Below, one piece after another: positions 43,447 to 64,000 of a stretch of 64,000 nt of DNA. Where the stretch lies: positions 3,968,001-4,032,000 of the forward strand of contig CM022667.1 of the NCBI GenBank assembly GCA_012295275.1. The letters are read 5' to 3'. The DNA comes from Chrysomallon squamiferum (Eukaryota; Animalia; Mollusca). Under the pieces are notes generated by a model. That model did not search any database and was not told the origin of the DNA. It was given only the letters and a program-made list of their open reading frames with translations. Each line of letters starts with the position of its first letter. Positions within the stretch are counted from its first letter, which is position 1. A program made the translations under genes and the position numbers.

Positions 43447-46270
43447 ATGAATTGGAGCCGTTTGCCTGACATGGTACTCATTAACATCTACTTACATTTG
43501 CCAGATCCGGACAGGCTGAACATGGCTCTTACCTGCACGAACTGGAATAGAATCTTTTCTTCTCCGTGCCTGTGGAGAACTCGATGTATAGAGATGGGAG
43601 GTTACAGGTACATAGCGACATGTCGCAAAGTGTGCAAGTTCGGCGAAGTACACTCTAAAGATCTGCAGTACCTTTGTCTTTCGTGCAACTACGTGTCGAG
43701 CCACTGTTACAAAAGCATTCAGAACACGATGAACCTGTTCTTGCAGAAGATTCACAGCAGCCGACTCCTTTATTTGGACCTCCAACGAATGAACACTTTC
43801 TGCGACTTCTGGAGGTTCGTTCACATGGAAGAGAGAGTGTCCGCGTCCTTTTCGCGCTTCCTGTCCGAACAGCGATGTCTGCAGACGTTGAAGATGGGCA
43901 ACTGGCACTTTTCGGTGAAAAACGGCTGTCGGATTCTGGAGGCGGTTGGAAGCGCGTCGGGAAGCAGCATCAAGGAGCTGGACATAGAGGATTTCTTCCA
44001 CACGAAGCTGGCGATATTTCAAGTGAAACGGTTCAGATACGCCTTGGTTAAATTCACCAACCTTTCTTTTCTCTCGCTGAACGGTAACTGCTTGTCTAAC
44101 AGTGTTCTGGAAAGTATGGCCACCGTTCTCGCCGGAAAGCTCAAGTCAATTAGCTGCGCAGTATGTTTGTTTTTTTTTGTTGTTTTTTTAATTATTATTA
44201 TTATTATTAAACTTTAGAACTCGTTAGGATGACCATCTTTCAACAGTGTTATAATAAAGGATTAAAAAACAGGCTGTTATTGGTTCAATTTTTTTTTATC
44301 GCATTCATTTAATAATCCATTATGCACTCGTTCGTTCGTTTATTCATTCAGTCATTTCTTCTTTATTCGTTTATTCAATCATTTGTTCGCTCAGATATAC
44401 AGAACTGATGCTCACGTCCATGTGGTGTCGGGAGAATCGTGGAGGAAGTTAAAGTCAGTTTGTCCCGGCCTCGCTCTCGATCTTTATTTCGGAAGTTTCG
44501 GTGTCTCCTCGGACATCAACTGGATTCTAGTGCCGGAAGCGCCACTTCGTAAAGTCCACATCTCAGCCGGCTTCGACGACAGAGCCGACGTCCAGCTAGC
44601 TCTGACTATCGACTACATCGCAAACTACCACAAACAAATAGGTGCGAACGAGTCCGGCTGCTGTTGTTGCGAGGAACGAAAACAAAATTAAAAAGTCAAT
44701 GACGTCATTTCGTATATACATACTAATTTAAAATAACGAAAAATTATCTAAGTTTTTTGTTTTCTTTTTCTTATTTTTCTCTTTCTTGTGATTGTCTTAT
44801 TTCTGTAAAGAAACCACCCTTTGCGAATTATAAGGAATGAAAACAAAATATGAAGTCAATGGCATCATTTGGAATATACTAATATACAATATCCTCGATA
44901 GACTGAGTGTACAGTAAATTAGTATTTATTATATGAGGTAAATTTTTTTTTTTTTTTAAAATATTAACCTCTGTGTATGTACAAAATGATGTCGCAACAA
45001 GGGGTAAAAAATGGCAGCTTTAGTTATTCTGATTTATTAATAGTAAACCTTCTTTTTCTTTTTTTTTTTTAAATTAAAAGGAATTTGAAAATTTCAGTCC
45101 AAGAATTTTTAAAAACATCTATTTATTATTATAATTATTATTAAAAAAAATAACTTGATATGTAAAAAGCTGTTCTATCTGTCTGTATTTATTTATTTAC
45201 TTATTACTTACTTACTTACTTACTTACTTTAGAAGTGTTTTATTTTATAGTTAAACTTCAAAAAAAAAAAAAAAAAAAAAAAATCAACAAAAAATCCTGA
45301 CAGCTTCTTGACAGATTATTTGCACTAAAACAAAAATCTATAATATATTTTGTGTAATTAATCATTTTCCTTTCTCACATTTTATTTAACTAATATTTAA
45401 AAAACTTCTTTTTGGTATATTATTTTTATTCTATTATATTTTATTTTATTTATTTTATTTATTTTATTTTATTTTATTTTATTTATTTTATTTTTCTGAA
45501 TTACAGCCATTTTGTCGATCGATCTTGACAGTAATAATGGTTCCATCGGAAACAATCTGGTATCCTTGGTGACCCAGTGCAGAGGTCTGCGGGAACTGTA
45601 CGTAAATGCTTTCTTGACAGTCGGTGTCTTAAATGAGATCTGTACTCTACAGACTGAGGGGAAAATAGGTTAGAGGACAGCTGTTAAAACATTACAACTA
45701 CACCACTACTACTACGACTGCTTCTATTGCTACTACTACTATTAATGTTGCTATTGTTGCTACTGTTACTACAACTTTAAAGAAAAGCTGTGTTTTCTAC
45801 TTCTACTGTTAATAATACTACTGTATTACTACGCTACTAAAACTATAAGACTGTTACTGCTACTGACAGCTATTACTACTACAACTATTACTAAAACAAA
45901 TACTACTGCTCCGGCTGCAACAACTGTTCATACTGTTACTACAACACCACTACTACACCAGTAGTATTATCATTGCTGCTGCCGCGACTACTGCTACCCT
46001 AATAATACTGCTGCTGCTAATCTCTCTCTCTCTCTCTCTCTCTCTGGTTTTTATTTTATTTCCTTATTAATTAATTATTATATTGAATTCTTTATTTTTC
46101 TTCAAGATTTGCAAACGTTTTACGTACGGACACACAAACTGACGGAAGGAGAATTCACCCAGCTCGTGTCCATTAAAGAGAAATACCTTCCCGTCATGCA
46201 TCAGAGAGGTTTTGATTTCAAAATTTCTTGTGATTACCTCAGTGATTTGACTGAAGTGAACATGCAATAA
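43447..46270 (+). CDS. F-box/leucine-rich repeat protein, FBXO39/FBXO33/FBXL8-like, 428 aa
   Basis: Exons 43447-44160, 44395-44641, 45507-45668 and 46107-46270 are all GT-AG with compatible phases (1287 nt). N-terminal F-box WSRLPDMVLINIYLHLPDPDRLNMALTCTNW...LWR, followed by LRR-like segments (LQYLCL, LQTLKM, IKELDI, FTNLSFLSL, LRELYV). Subfamily is by resemblance only. Confidence 0.88.
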
Positions 46271-46549
46271 TTTCTAATATAATAAAGAAGTAAAATATCT
46301 TGTAGAAAGGTATAATAAAATAAAATATTAATATTTAATTCAAAATAATAATAATAAAAAAATAATAATAAATATGAATAATAAAATATAAATCGTTGAT
46401 TTTGTCAAAAAAAAAAAAAAAAAAAACCCAGAGAAAAGGAAAATAAATGTTAAAAATAAAATTTATTTATTTTGTTGATGTGTTTGTTATTTTTTTTTTT
46501 TTTTTTTACTCTGTGGTGTTGTTTTTCAAGTAAAAAAACTAAAGACGTA

Positions 46550-46674
46550 TTACATTTTTATTGATCGCAAAAGTAGCATTATTCTGTCTAAAACGAATTT
46601 GTACGAGATGACATCATTACAAAAGAAAAATAACACCTTCCTTGCATCATTTCATTAGTCATAATATAGTTATA

Positions 46675-46715
<41 letters not shown>

Positions 46716-46830
46716 GTGTGTGACTAATGAGATCAAACAAGGAAATTGTTATGTTCTTTTCTTCATGACGTTATCTCTTACAAATTTGACATAGGCAGAA
46801 ACTAATGGATCTTTTGTAATCAGAATGTAA
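46550..46830. mobile_element. Foldback/MITE-like element with ~120-bp imperfect inverted arms around a (TA)n/(TG)n spacer
   Basis: Left arm ...aatttgtacgagatgacatcattacaaaagaaaaataacaccttccttgcatcatttcattagtca is the approximate reverse complement of right arm tgactaatgagatcaaacaaggaaattgttatgttcttttcttcatgacgttatctcttacaaatt. Confidence 0.6.
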
Positions 46831-47096
46831 CACAACACAACACACACACACACAACACACACTTTATTCAAGGGAAGAAACAGAAAAGCAAAACGATTAT
46901 GTAACATTTCAACATTCCTTTATTGTAAATATTCGATACATACATTCGTATATATTGCTTACATAATGATATAGTATCATATAATTAATGGTATAATATG
47001 AAACGTATATAATACCGGATGAATGTCTAAATCACACAATCAACAAATACACATGGAACGAATCAGTCATTTATCAGAAACAACTGACATATAATC

Positions 47097-47155
<59 letters not shown>

Positions 47156-47326
47156 GAAAGGAAAAAAAGGAAAAGAGAAGGTAAAGAAATTGTAGCCAGA
47201 ACGAGGCTAACGACAGTGCGCAGTGGAATGAGAAAGAAAAACGGAAATGGATTTTATCACATTTCAAAACAGAGCTCTTATACGGATTTCGTAAGAGAAA
47301 GAGAAAGATAATTTAAACAACAAATA

Positions 47327-47357
<31 letters not shown>

Positions 47358-50300
47358 AATAAAACAAAACAAATAATAGTAACAACTTGAAGTAAATAGA
47401 AAAAAAAAATAAAATAAAATAAATAATAATAATAAAATAAACTGGAACACCAATAAAAAAAAAGAAAAAAAAAAAAAACTACAAGATAAAAAACAAAGCG
47501 TACCTCTGAGCAAACGACAAAAAAAAAAAAAAAAAAAATGGCGGGATTCGGTGGATGTTTTTATGCCTTATCTTCTGTAAAACATAAAAAAAAAAGAAGA
47601 TTGGTGAATGTTCTGTGAATTCTCATAAATTTATATTAAATTTAGAAATAAACAATAGATACATACATATATAATAATAAACAAATACATAAAACTATCA
47701 AAACGTTATATTTTCATTTTAAAATGAAATGCCCGGAAATAAGTACACTAAATTTTTTCGTCATTAACAAGTGGGTACAATGAAGTCACGTAAACTGTCA
47801 AATTAAAGGAATGTTTTGAAAACGAAAATATTAAAAATAAATAAATAAATAAAATAAAATAATAATAATAATAAATAATAAATGAAACAAAACAAAATAA
47901 CTAATAAGAGGTTTATTTGTGTGTACATGTAATTGATATTGCGTAATTATTATTTATTCTGTAAATCTTACATCTATTGCGTATATAAGGTTATAAAAAT
48001 AGGGATACAAATCAACCTGAAATGATCAAAAACAAGTTAAAACGTATGTTTAAATACCAGCATCACAATTTGTAAACAAATTTCAGTTTAGAGATTTATG
48101 ATTGTTGTAATTCTTACACCATTTGAGATTCGCTAAAAAACAATGACTACACCATTAAACAAACTCTACATTTTTGAAATTTAAAAACACTCAAAGAATT
48201 TCTTAAAATTACAAATGGGTATAGGTTATAAGCTGTAAAATAATATATATAAACATATATATCAATTAGAAAATAACCATAATTATAATTATACATGCAG
48301 ATATAGAATTATTTTACCTTCCAATAGTTTAAAAATTTTACGGATATCATCAACATTAAAACAATCAAATAGATTTTCTTTATAATTCAACTTAATATTT
48401 ATCAGCTGTCATGAATCCTTGACTATTAGTCTGTATGTTCAAGTTAGAATCTTTATATATTTATGTGTTTGTGTGTGGTGTGTGTGTGCATAAATATATG
48501 TATGTGCATGTGTATATGTATATGTATATGTATGTATATCTCTGGAAAAGTCCAGTTTCTACAATAACAAAAATTGTGACACAGAAATACAGAGAACATA
48601 CAAAATACCCTTTAAAACATTAGAATTTGAAAATCACAATTTCTCAAACAAGCCTTGTACAATTTTCAATGAATCATTAAACACTTTAATGCGAGCACGA
48701 TTACAGGAACATTAAAAGATTATACACTCAACCGGATTATTATAAGCAGCAGTTAAAAAACACAACAAAAATAAATTATTCACCAATATTCCACCGTCAG
48801 GCAGGAATTTTCCAGAAAACTTTAAAAAATAATAATAATAAAATTTAAAAAATTACTAAATAAATAAAATTAAAAAAATAAAAAATAAAAAATAAAAATA
48901 ATTAAATAAATAAATAGATCATTTGATAAATCTGAAATATTAATACAGTCTTGAAAGCATATGGTATTCTTATGACAAATACACTGATTATTTAAGAAAT
49001 TTACTGGCTTATGTAAATCAAAATTTAAGCAAACAATAAAGATTATAGTCAAAGACATGTAAAAACGTCTAAACCTTACTTTTTAATATTAAAATGGAAA
49101 TACTGCTTCACAAACAACTGTATTCAGACTGTAAAATACTTCATGATTTTATTTAGATACAGATATACAGATATACATACACACACACAAGGAATGTATA
49201 AATACTGAAAAATCTTACAAATAGTGTGATATCCAGAAAAAAATAAACAAGAATATATTTTTTAGATTTTTTTTTTTTTTTTGATTCTGCTATGTTCCAG
49301 ACATTGAGTTCCAGTTAGTTCAGATTTTACAGAGGATCAACTCAAGAGCTTGGCAAGTCTGTAAATATCCAATTCCAACAGGGTCCTGTCAGTTACAACA
49401 AAGACCAAGATCTGTACATTTTAAGAGTTATTTTTACATTTTAGGAGTCTTGAGAAAGAGTAGATGTTTTTTTTTTCTCTACTTACTGTTTATCTGAGTT
49501 ACTTTTATTTCTAAAATCATGCAGCTGATAAAAAAAATAAAAAAAATAAAGAAATGAAACAAGCCGTTAAACTAAATACTGTAATGCATTAAATATAATA
49601 TAAATGTTCTTGTTTGTTTTTCTTTAGGTGTTTTTTTCATGCATATATATACATTTATATATATATTTTTATTATTTTATATTAGTTATAACAGTATTAA
49701 TGTCTTCTGTTCATTTTGAAAACTAGATACATTTTTATCCAGTAATATTAAAATTAAAAACGCTTTGTGAAAAAAGAGTTCTTCTTTGTGATGCAAACAT
49801 TCTGTTGTATCTTTTGTCTAGGCTTTTCTTTATATATCTATCTGTCTGTCTCTCTATCTGTTTATCTATCTATGTATACATTGGGATTTTTTTACTTTAT
49901 TTATCTGTTATTATCATTGGACTTTGGATATTACACCATTTGTACTGTTTCTGATTAAACAATACATTCATTGCATGTCTGAAAGATAAAATATATTAGT
50001 TATTATTTTTCCTATCTTTTTATAGCAATACTAATACTAATACTAATACTAAAAATATTAAAACTTCCTGATTCAACAGAGGAAAAGAAAATGTATCAAA
50101 ATAAAAAGAATCCTGATACTAAATAAATTTTAGAATATGAGAATAACACTTTGATAAAATCAGATTGAAAACTGGGGAAAAAAAGAACTTTACATGAAAA
50201 TTGACAGCAGTATATGTAAAAATAATATTAGTAAACCACTCATAAATAAATCTTCTAAAAATAAAGGAGATTATAGGATTTTCTTGAAACAATACATTTC

Positions 50301-50684
50301 CACCACAACATTTATTTCTACAAAACTCCTATGAATTAAAACCATTTTCAAAAATCTGCTACAAAAATTTCATTTGTTTTACAGTGCTTTTGAAATTTAA
50401 CAATTAATATAATAAATATATATTCTCTAAAAATATTAATTTGGTTTTTTGTTTTACATTTTATGGACATGAAAATGTTTTAAAAATTATATATACGATT
50501 TAATTAGCAAATTTATTAAACATTTTGATATCCATTTTGACGTATTTATTATTAATTAAAACTGAACAAAATAATCACAGGATTTTATATTTACTATTGA
50601 GTATTTTAATTTTTAAAAACAAATTATTTTTTTTAAGTAAAATTTATAAAAATGATTTTTCAGGTTTAGCTTTTTGTGTCCTTT

Positions 50685-59625
<8,941 letters not shown>

Positions 59626-59730
59626 TGTGTTTAATACAATCTGATCTGTACGTTAGGCGAACTGAAAGTAATTAACTTGTAATTCGCAAGACGAAATCTG
59701 CACTACAACTTGCAAGGTCAGTGCTGCAGG

Positions 59731-59738
59731 TATTTATA
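59731..59738 (-). promoter_or_regulatory. TATA box candidate for the ALT gene
   Basis: TATAAATA on the minus strand about 105 bp upstream of the ATG at 59625. Confidence 0.45.
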
Positions 59739-60370
59739 TTCTCTTATAAACCTTGGAGTGGTCCCCCTTAGATAGGCTCCAAAGTTTCAGGTCGATTTGA
59801 CAGCACTTTCATTTGCATATATTATTTCAACGTGGCAATAAAAAAATCCCATTTCATTCTAATTGAGTAGATAAGTAAAATATGAACACACACACACACA
59901 CACACACACACAGCTATAGTATTTGATAAAATAGGCATAGTTGTAACCATGAGAAATATATCGTAATGCACATCAAAATAGATGTGTCATTGTAGGCCTA
60001 AATAACGTTCCTCACTCAATTAATTAATTTCCGAATGCTTTATGAATCTAATCTAAACGTGAAATTAGGTATGTATGTACGTATGTATGTATGCATGCAT
60101 GCAAATATGTGTGTAAAGAGCTGCATTCCAGAGTCTGCCGAGGTCCGTCCGTGGATGTGTAAATTTACTTTCCAGAATGCAGGAAAATGCATCTCCTGCA
60201 TTTTAGGTTTAAAAAAAAAAAAAAAAAAAAACGGGTGCTGCAGTGTGTGCTTTATCAGATGAAACGAGTTTTATTATGAAGATAATTAAAACAAAATCTG
60301 GATCAAAATAATAATAGTTTTTAATAATAATAACAACAACAACACCAACAATAATCATAACATACACACA

Positions 60371-60404
<34 letters not shown>

Positions 60405-60428
60405 AAAATTAAAAATAAATAAAAATAT

Positions 60429-60481
<53 letters not shown>

Positions 60482-61979
60482 TATTTTTATTAAGTCGATT
60501 ACCATCATCAGTAGAACTGAATACCTTATGACACGTTAAATTAAATATTATAAATTAACATTATTTGATGCTCTGTTATTTGCCTCAGCATATTATCCAG
60601 TGAGGTATTTATCGAATATACTACCAAAACCATTGTAGCTTACACTGCTTTGGTAGACGTCCATGAAGCACAAGTTATAATGTACCTTCCTCGTACAAAC
60701 AATTTTTAATTACAATTACTGATCATTTGCATTTCAAACTGAAATATTTTTCCATTGTATTTGTCTTTAATAGTATCTTTTATTTCAAAATTGTATTTTT
60801 TATTATTGTTTCAACAGTTATTTAATCAAATATATATTTGGATGAAAAAATAAATAAATACAAAATTAAATACAAACAGTGTGGTAATTGTTTTTAGGAA
60901 AGACAAGTAGGTTAAAAAATATTTAAAAAAAAAAAAAAAAAATCTATATCAGGATTAAAGTTCAGTACTAGTAAAAAACAAAGACAATGTGACCGAATTT
61001 ATGGCTGAAATTAAAACGTATACAATTTATTATTCATGGAAAAAACGCACCACATTCATTAAATTGAAATTAAACAATAACAAGGAAGCACTTGAGAACA
61101 AGGAAACCAAGAAGTATTTAAAAATAGAACTCTAGGATTTAACGCAACTTTGTTCAAATCTTTAATATTGAAACGTCCGAACAGAGAGGCCAAAACAAGC
61201 AAGATCGCGCAGAGCTAGTGTTGAAAGTAAACTTAAATTTGATTGGTTAATCCTCTTTTAATCAATTAAATTAAACACGAAATTCCGGATCGTCTGATTA
61301 TCCTTGCCAAAAAAATCTGAAGGTAACGTGTGTTCTCGAAAATTTTTAGTTTAAAAGTAAATTTCCGTTTATGTGTTTACTCGATAAAAAAGATATTTTA
61401 TCATTTTTTTCCCTCCATTTTTTTTCTTCTTTTCTTTCTTTTCGTCTGCTTCCTCTTCTGTAGTTTTTGAGTGTTCTTAATCTTCAAAAAGTTAGTATTA
61501 TATTGCATTATTTTTTTTATTTATTTATTTAATATTATTCTGGATGCTAAATGATTATGTTCATTTAATTTCTAATAAAAATAATGTGCATTCTCTAATC
61601 ATTTTTTATTTTTTTATTATTATTATTATTTTTTTAAATTATTATTTTTAAGTAGTCACGCTGGTATCACTATATTATCTTCTGCTCCAAAATATCTGTT
61701 TTCCATTTAAGTCACTAATGTCTATGGGAAGGTTTTTGTAAGAAATGTTTGGGACGAAAGGCGGATGCAGCTCCGCAGAGTCACGCTGCATACACGCCAT
61801 TCTTATCTTCACAGGATAAAGCTGATATCTTAAGACAGTAAATAGCTGTTCCATAAAATATATAATTATACGGAATAACTGTTTAAATAGATACATTTAA
61901 ATTATTAATTTAATAATTGCGGTAATAATGGATGCAGTAGTAGTAGTAAATTAGTAATGGTTTCAATAGTAGCTGTAGC

Positions 61980-62038
<59 letters not shown>

Positions 62039-62403
62039 ATTAGAATAGTATAATTATAATCTACTGCAATAATATGTAAGTGCAACAAAAATAATATTAC
62101 CTTATAATCTGATTATTAATTTTATTATATATAATTAACAATCACAGTAACGTATTTATTTATTTATTTTAAATAATTAAATGTTTGCTATAGTTGAAAA
62201 ATAGAAGGCGATGCAAGTGAACTTTAGTAATGATAAATAATATCAAAGTATACTGATTTTGATTTGTTTCACAAATATTTAAAAAAATATATATATATAT
62301 TTATATAATTAACACAATTGCGATAACTGCACATAAATGTATGATTTACTTTTTAAAAATTCTGTTTATTTATTTACTTAATACTCTTTCTTCCTTTCTT
62401 CTT

Positions 62404-62474
<71 letters not shown>

Positions 62475-62839
62475 AATATGAGAAATCAGTAGTTAGAAAA
62501 AGAAATAAACAAATAAACAATTACAATAATGATGATGGTGATTACAAATAATAAAACAAAACACACACACACACACACACACATGCATAATTATGTATTA
62601 GTGTATATGCAGACGACACTAGCCGCAGCGTCGTTGTAATTTTTGTAACATAAATTAAATTAGGTATATCCTGTATTTCTGAAACAAAGAATAAACTTTA
62701 TTCAGTTTGTTTTAAACTGTAGCCATGTAGCATTTTGCACAACTAAAGCACATGGCTTCGCAAGGTATCTAATTGCGACCTTTTGCTCTAACCCGCCCCG
62801 TTATCGTTTGTTGACAGGCAATGTGCTGGAAATAAATGT

Positions 62840-62979
62840 CTATCTGTATTACGATTGGTTGACTATGACACGGGATACCGACTAAGATTGTGACGTCAAA
62901 TGCGATATAAAAGAGCTTGGGATTCCCCCGGCCACTTGTTGTTGCCTGCTCTTTCGGGGAGTCTGGTCGTGGTGGCAAG
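62840..62979 (+). promoter_or_regulatory. Large-Maf promoter and short non-coding exon 1
   Basis: Reverse CCAAT (~62853), CRE TGACGTCA (62891-62898) and TATAAAAG (62906-62913). Followed by donor AAG|GTAAGA at 62980 and acceptor ttttgcacAG at 63092. Confidence 0.7.
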
Positions 62980-63310
62980 GTAAGATACCACCGACGATTT
63001 TACTTTCCTATTTTTTTTTTTCTTCAAACCGAAAACTTTTTCTTTTCTGACTTAATCTATACAGCAAAGGATCCGTTTTACATTTTGCACAGATCGCAGC
63101 TGTTGAACTGACAGACTGTCGATGCATATTCGTTTTGGATATTGCTGGGTTTCCAGTCAGCTGATCAGCGCCTGCGTTTAGACAGCTCTGACCTACATTT
63201 ATCTAAAAGTACCGGGAGAGCAGGGCACACCAAGCTAAAAGCTGTCATTTGATACCTCTACACTGTGTCTGGGGTCGTACGGACTCTCAATTCTCGTTTG
63301 AGGCGACAGT

Positions 63311-64000
63311 ATGGATCATTTGGCTGAAGATTATATAAACGAATTCGATCTTGATCAGCTAGATTTTACCGTTATCAAACGTGAATATGAAGAGGAACAG
63401 AAGCTAAAGTGCTGCATGGGGGATGTTAATAACGGACTTGCATCGGGCCCCACGAGTCCTGGATGCAGTGTGCCAACGTCACCTCTGGCCACACAAGACA
63501 TACCCAGCCCTTTGGAGCAGAAGCCAATGATGGGGGATTTAAATTGGCTGCAGTGGTATGCTGGTCTTCAACTAAGTTCATTGTGTGAAAAATTCGCACC
63601 CCAGCTTTCCCCCGAGGAGGCAGTCGATGCCCTTATAAAATCCGTCGAGGCCCCCGCTTCTGTCAAATCCAGTGTTCAATCTACTACAGAAGACGAAAAG
63701 TGGTTGACTGACGTCGACGAAGACACGGAAACCGAATCGCAGACGTCAACAACATCTGCAAAGCAGGAAACGACGTCGTCGTCTTCCAAAAAAGAGGAGA
63801 AAAATGACTCAAAAAATGACACTTCATCTAACTCAGGCATTGACATACAAGACGATGATCTTGTTTATTTACCGGTTCGCGAGCTCAATCGCCGCCTACA
63901 GGGCAAACCCAAAGACGAAGTTGTGCGTTTGAAGCAGAAACGGAGGACATTAAAAAATCGCGGCTACGCACAGAACTGTCGTTCCAAACGCTTACAGCAG
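63311..64000 (+). CDS. Maf: Large Maf bZIP transcription factor (MafA/MafB/c-Maf/traffic jam family), 3' truncated
   Basis: Open frame to the window end. Contains [14 protein letters not shown] (cf. LAMEYVNDFDL), an IKRE SUMO-type motif, a [12 protein letters not shown] phospho-cluster, the Maf_N motif [11 protein letters not shown], and the EHR/basic region [18 protein letters not shown]...[24 protein letters not shown]. Confidence 0.96.
   Translation, partial: MDHLAEDYINEFDLDQLDFTVIKREYEEEQKLKCCMGDVNNGLASGPTSPGCSVPTSPLATQDIPSPLEQKPMMGDLNWLQWYAGLQLSSLCEKFAPQLSPEEAVDALIKSVEAPASVKSSVQSTTEDEKWLTDVDEDTETESQTSTTSAKQETTSSSSKKEEKNDSKNDTSSNSGIDIQDDDLVYLPVRELNRRLQGKPKDEVVRLKQKRRTLKNRGYAQNCRSKRLQQ

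Noticed and set aside
43492-44051. Overlapping antisense and alternative-frame ORFs (176 aa, 125 aa) in F-box exon 1
   Set aside because: Expected shadow ORFs of a GC-richer coding exon; no recognisable motifs.
60120-60215. cagaatgcaggaaaatgcatctcctgcattttagg short inverted segment, plus ggggc.gatccagga-like ends near 21700 and 315
   Set aside because: Look like fragments of non-autonomous DNA transposons, but they are too short to delimit or classify without a repeat library.

Overview
AT-rich, microsatellite-dense eukaryotic genomic DNA. It is animal; a lophotrochozoan or mollusc origin is my inference only. Most ORFs in the supplied track are simple-repeat artefacts. Manual splicing gives five genes. 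(1) The 5' part of an ESRP/fusilli splicing regulator on the minus strand: four exons at 25191-3013, continuing past base 1, including a ~15.8-kb U12-type (minor spliceosome) intron. (2) A large low-complexity protein with three C2H2 zinc fingers (+, ~35026-40001) with a one-base frame break near 36100. (3) An F-box/LRR (FBXO39-like) gene (+, 43447-46270). (4) A complete 13-exon alanine aminotransferase (-, 59625-50685) with a GC-AG intron and tandemly duplicated splice sites around exon 11. (5) The start of a large-Maf bZIP factor (+, from 63311, running off the end). I found no evidence of a wholly new biological system. The best leads concern splicing and regulation: the long minor intron, dense ZEB/Snail-type E-box clusters in ESRP, a candidate 39-nt ESRP exon, the splice-site arrays in ALT, a foldback element, and an ESRP-GPT-Maf linkage that mirrors human chr8/chr16 paralogs.
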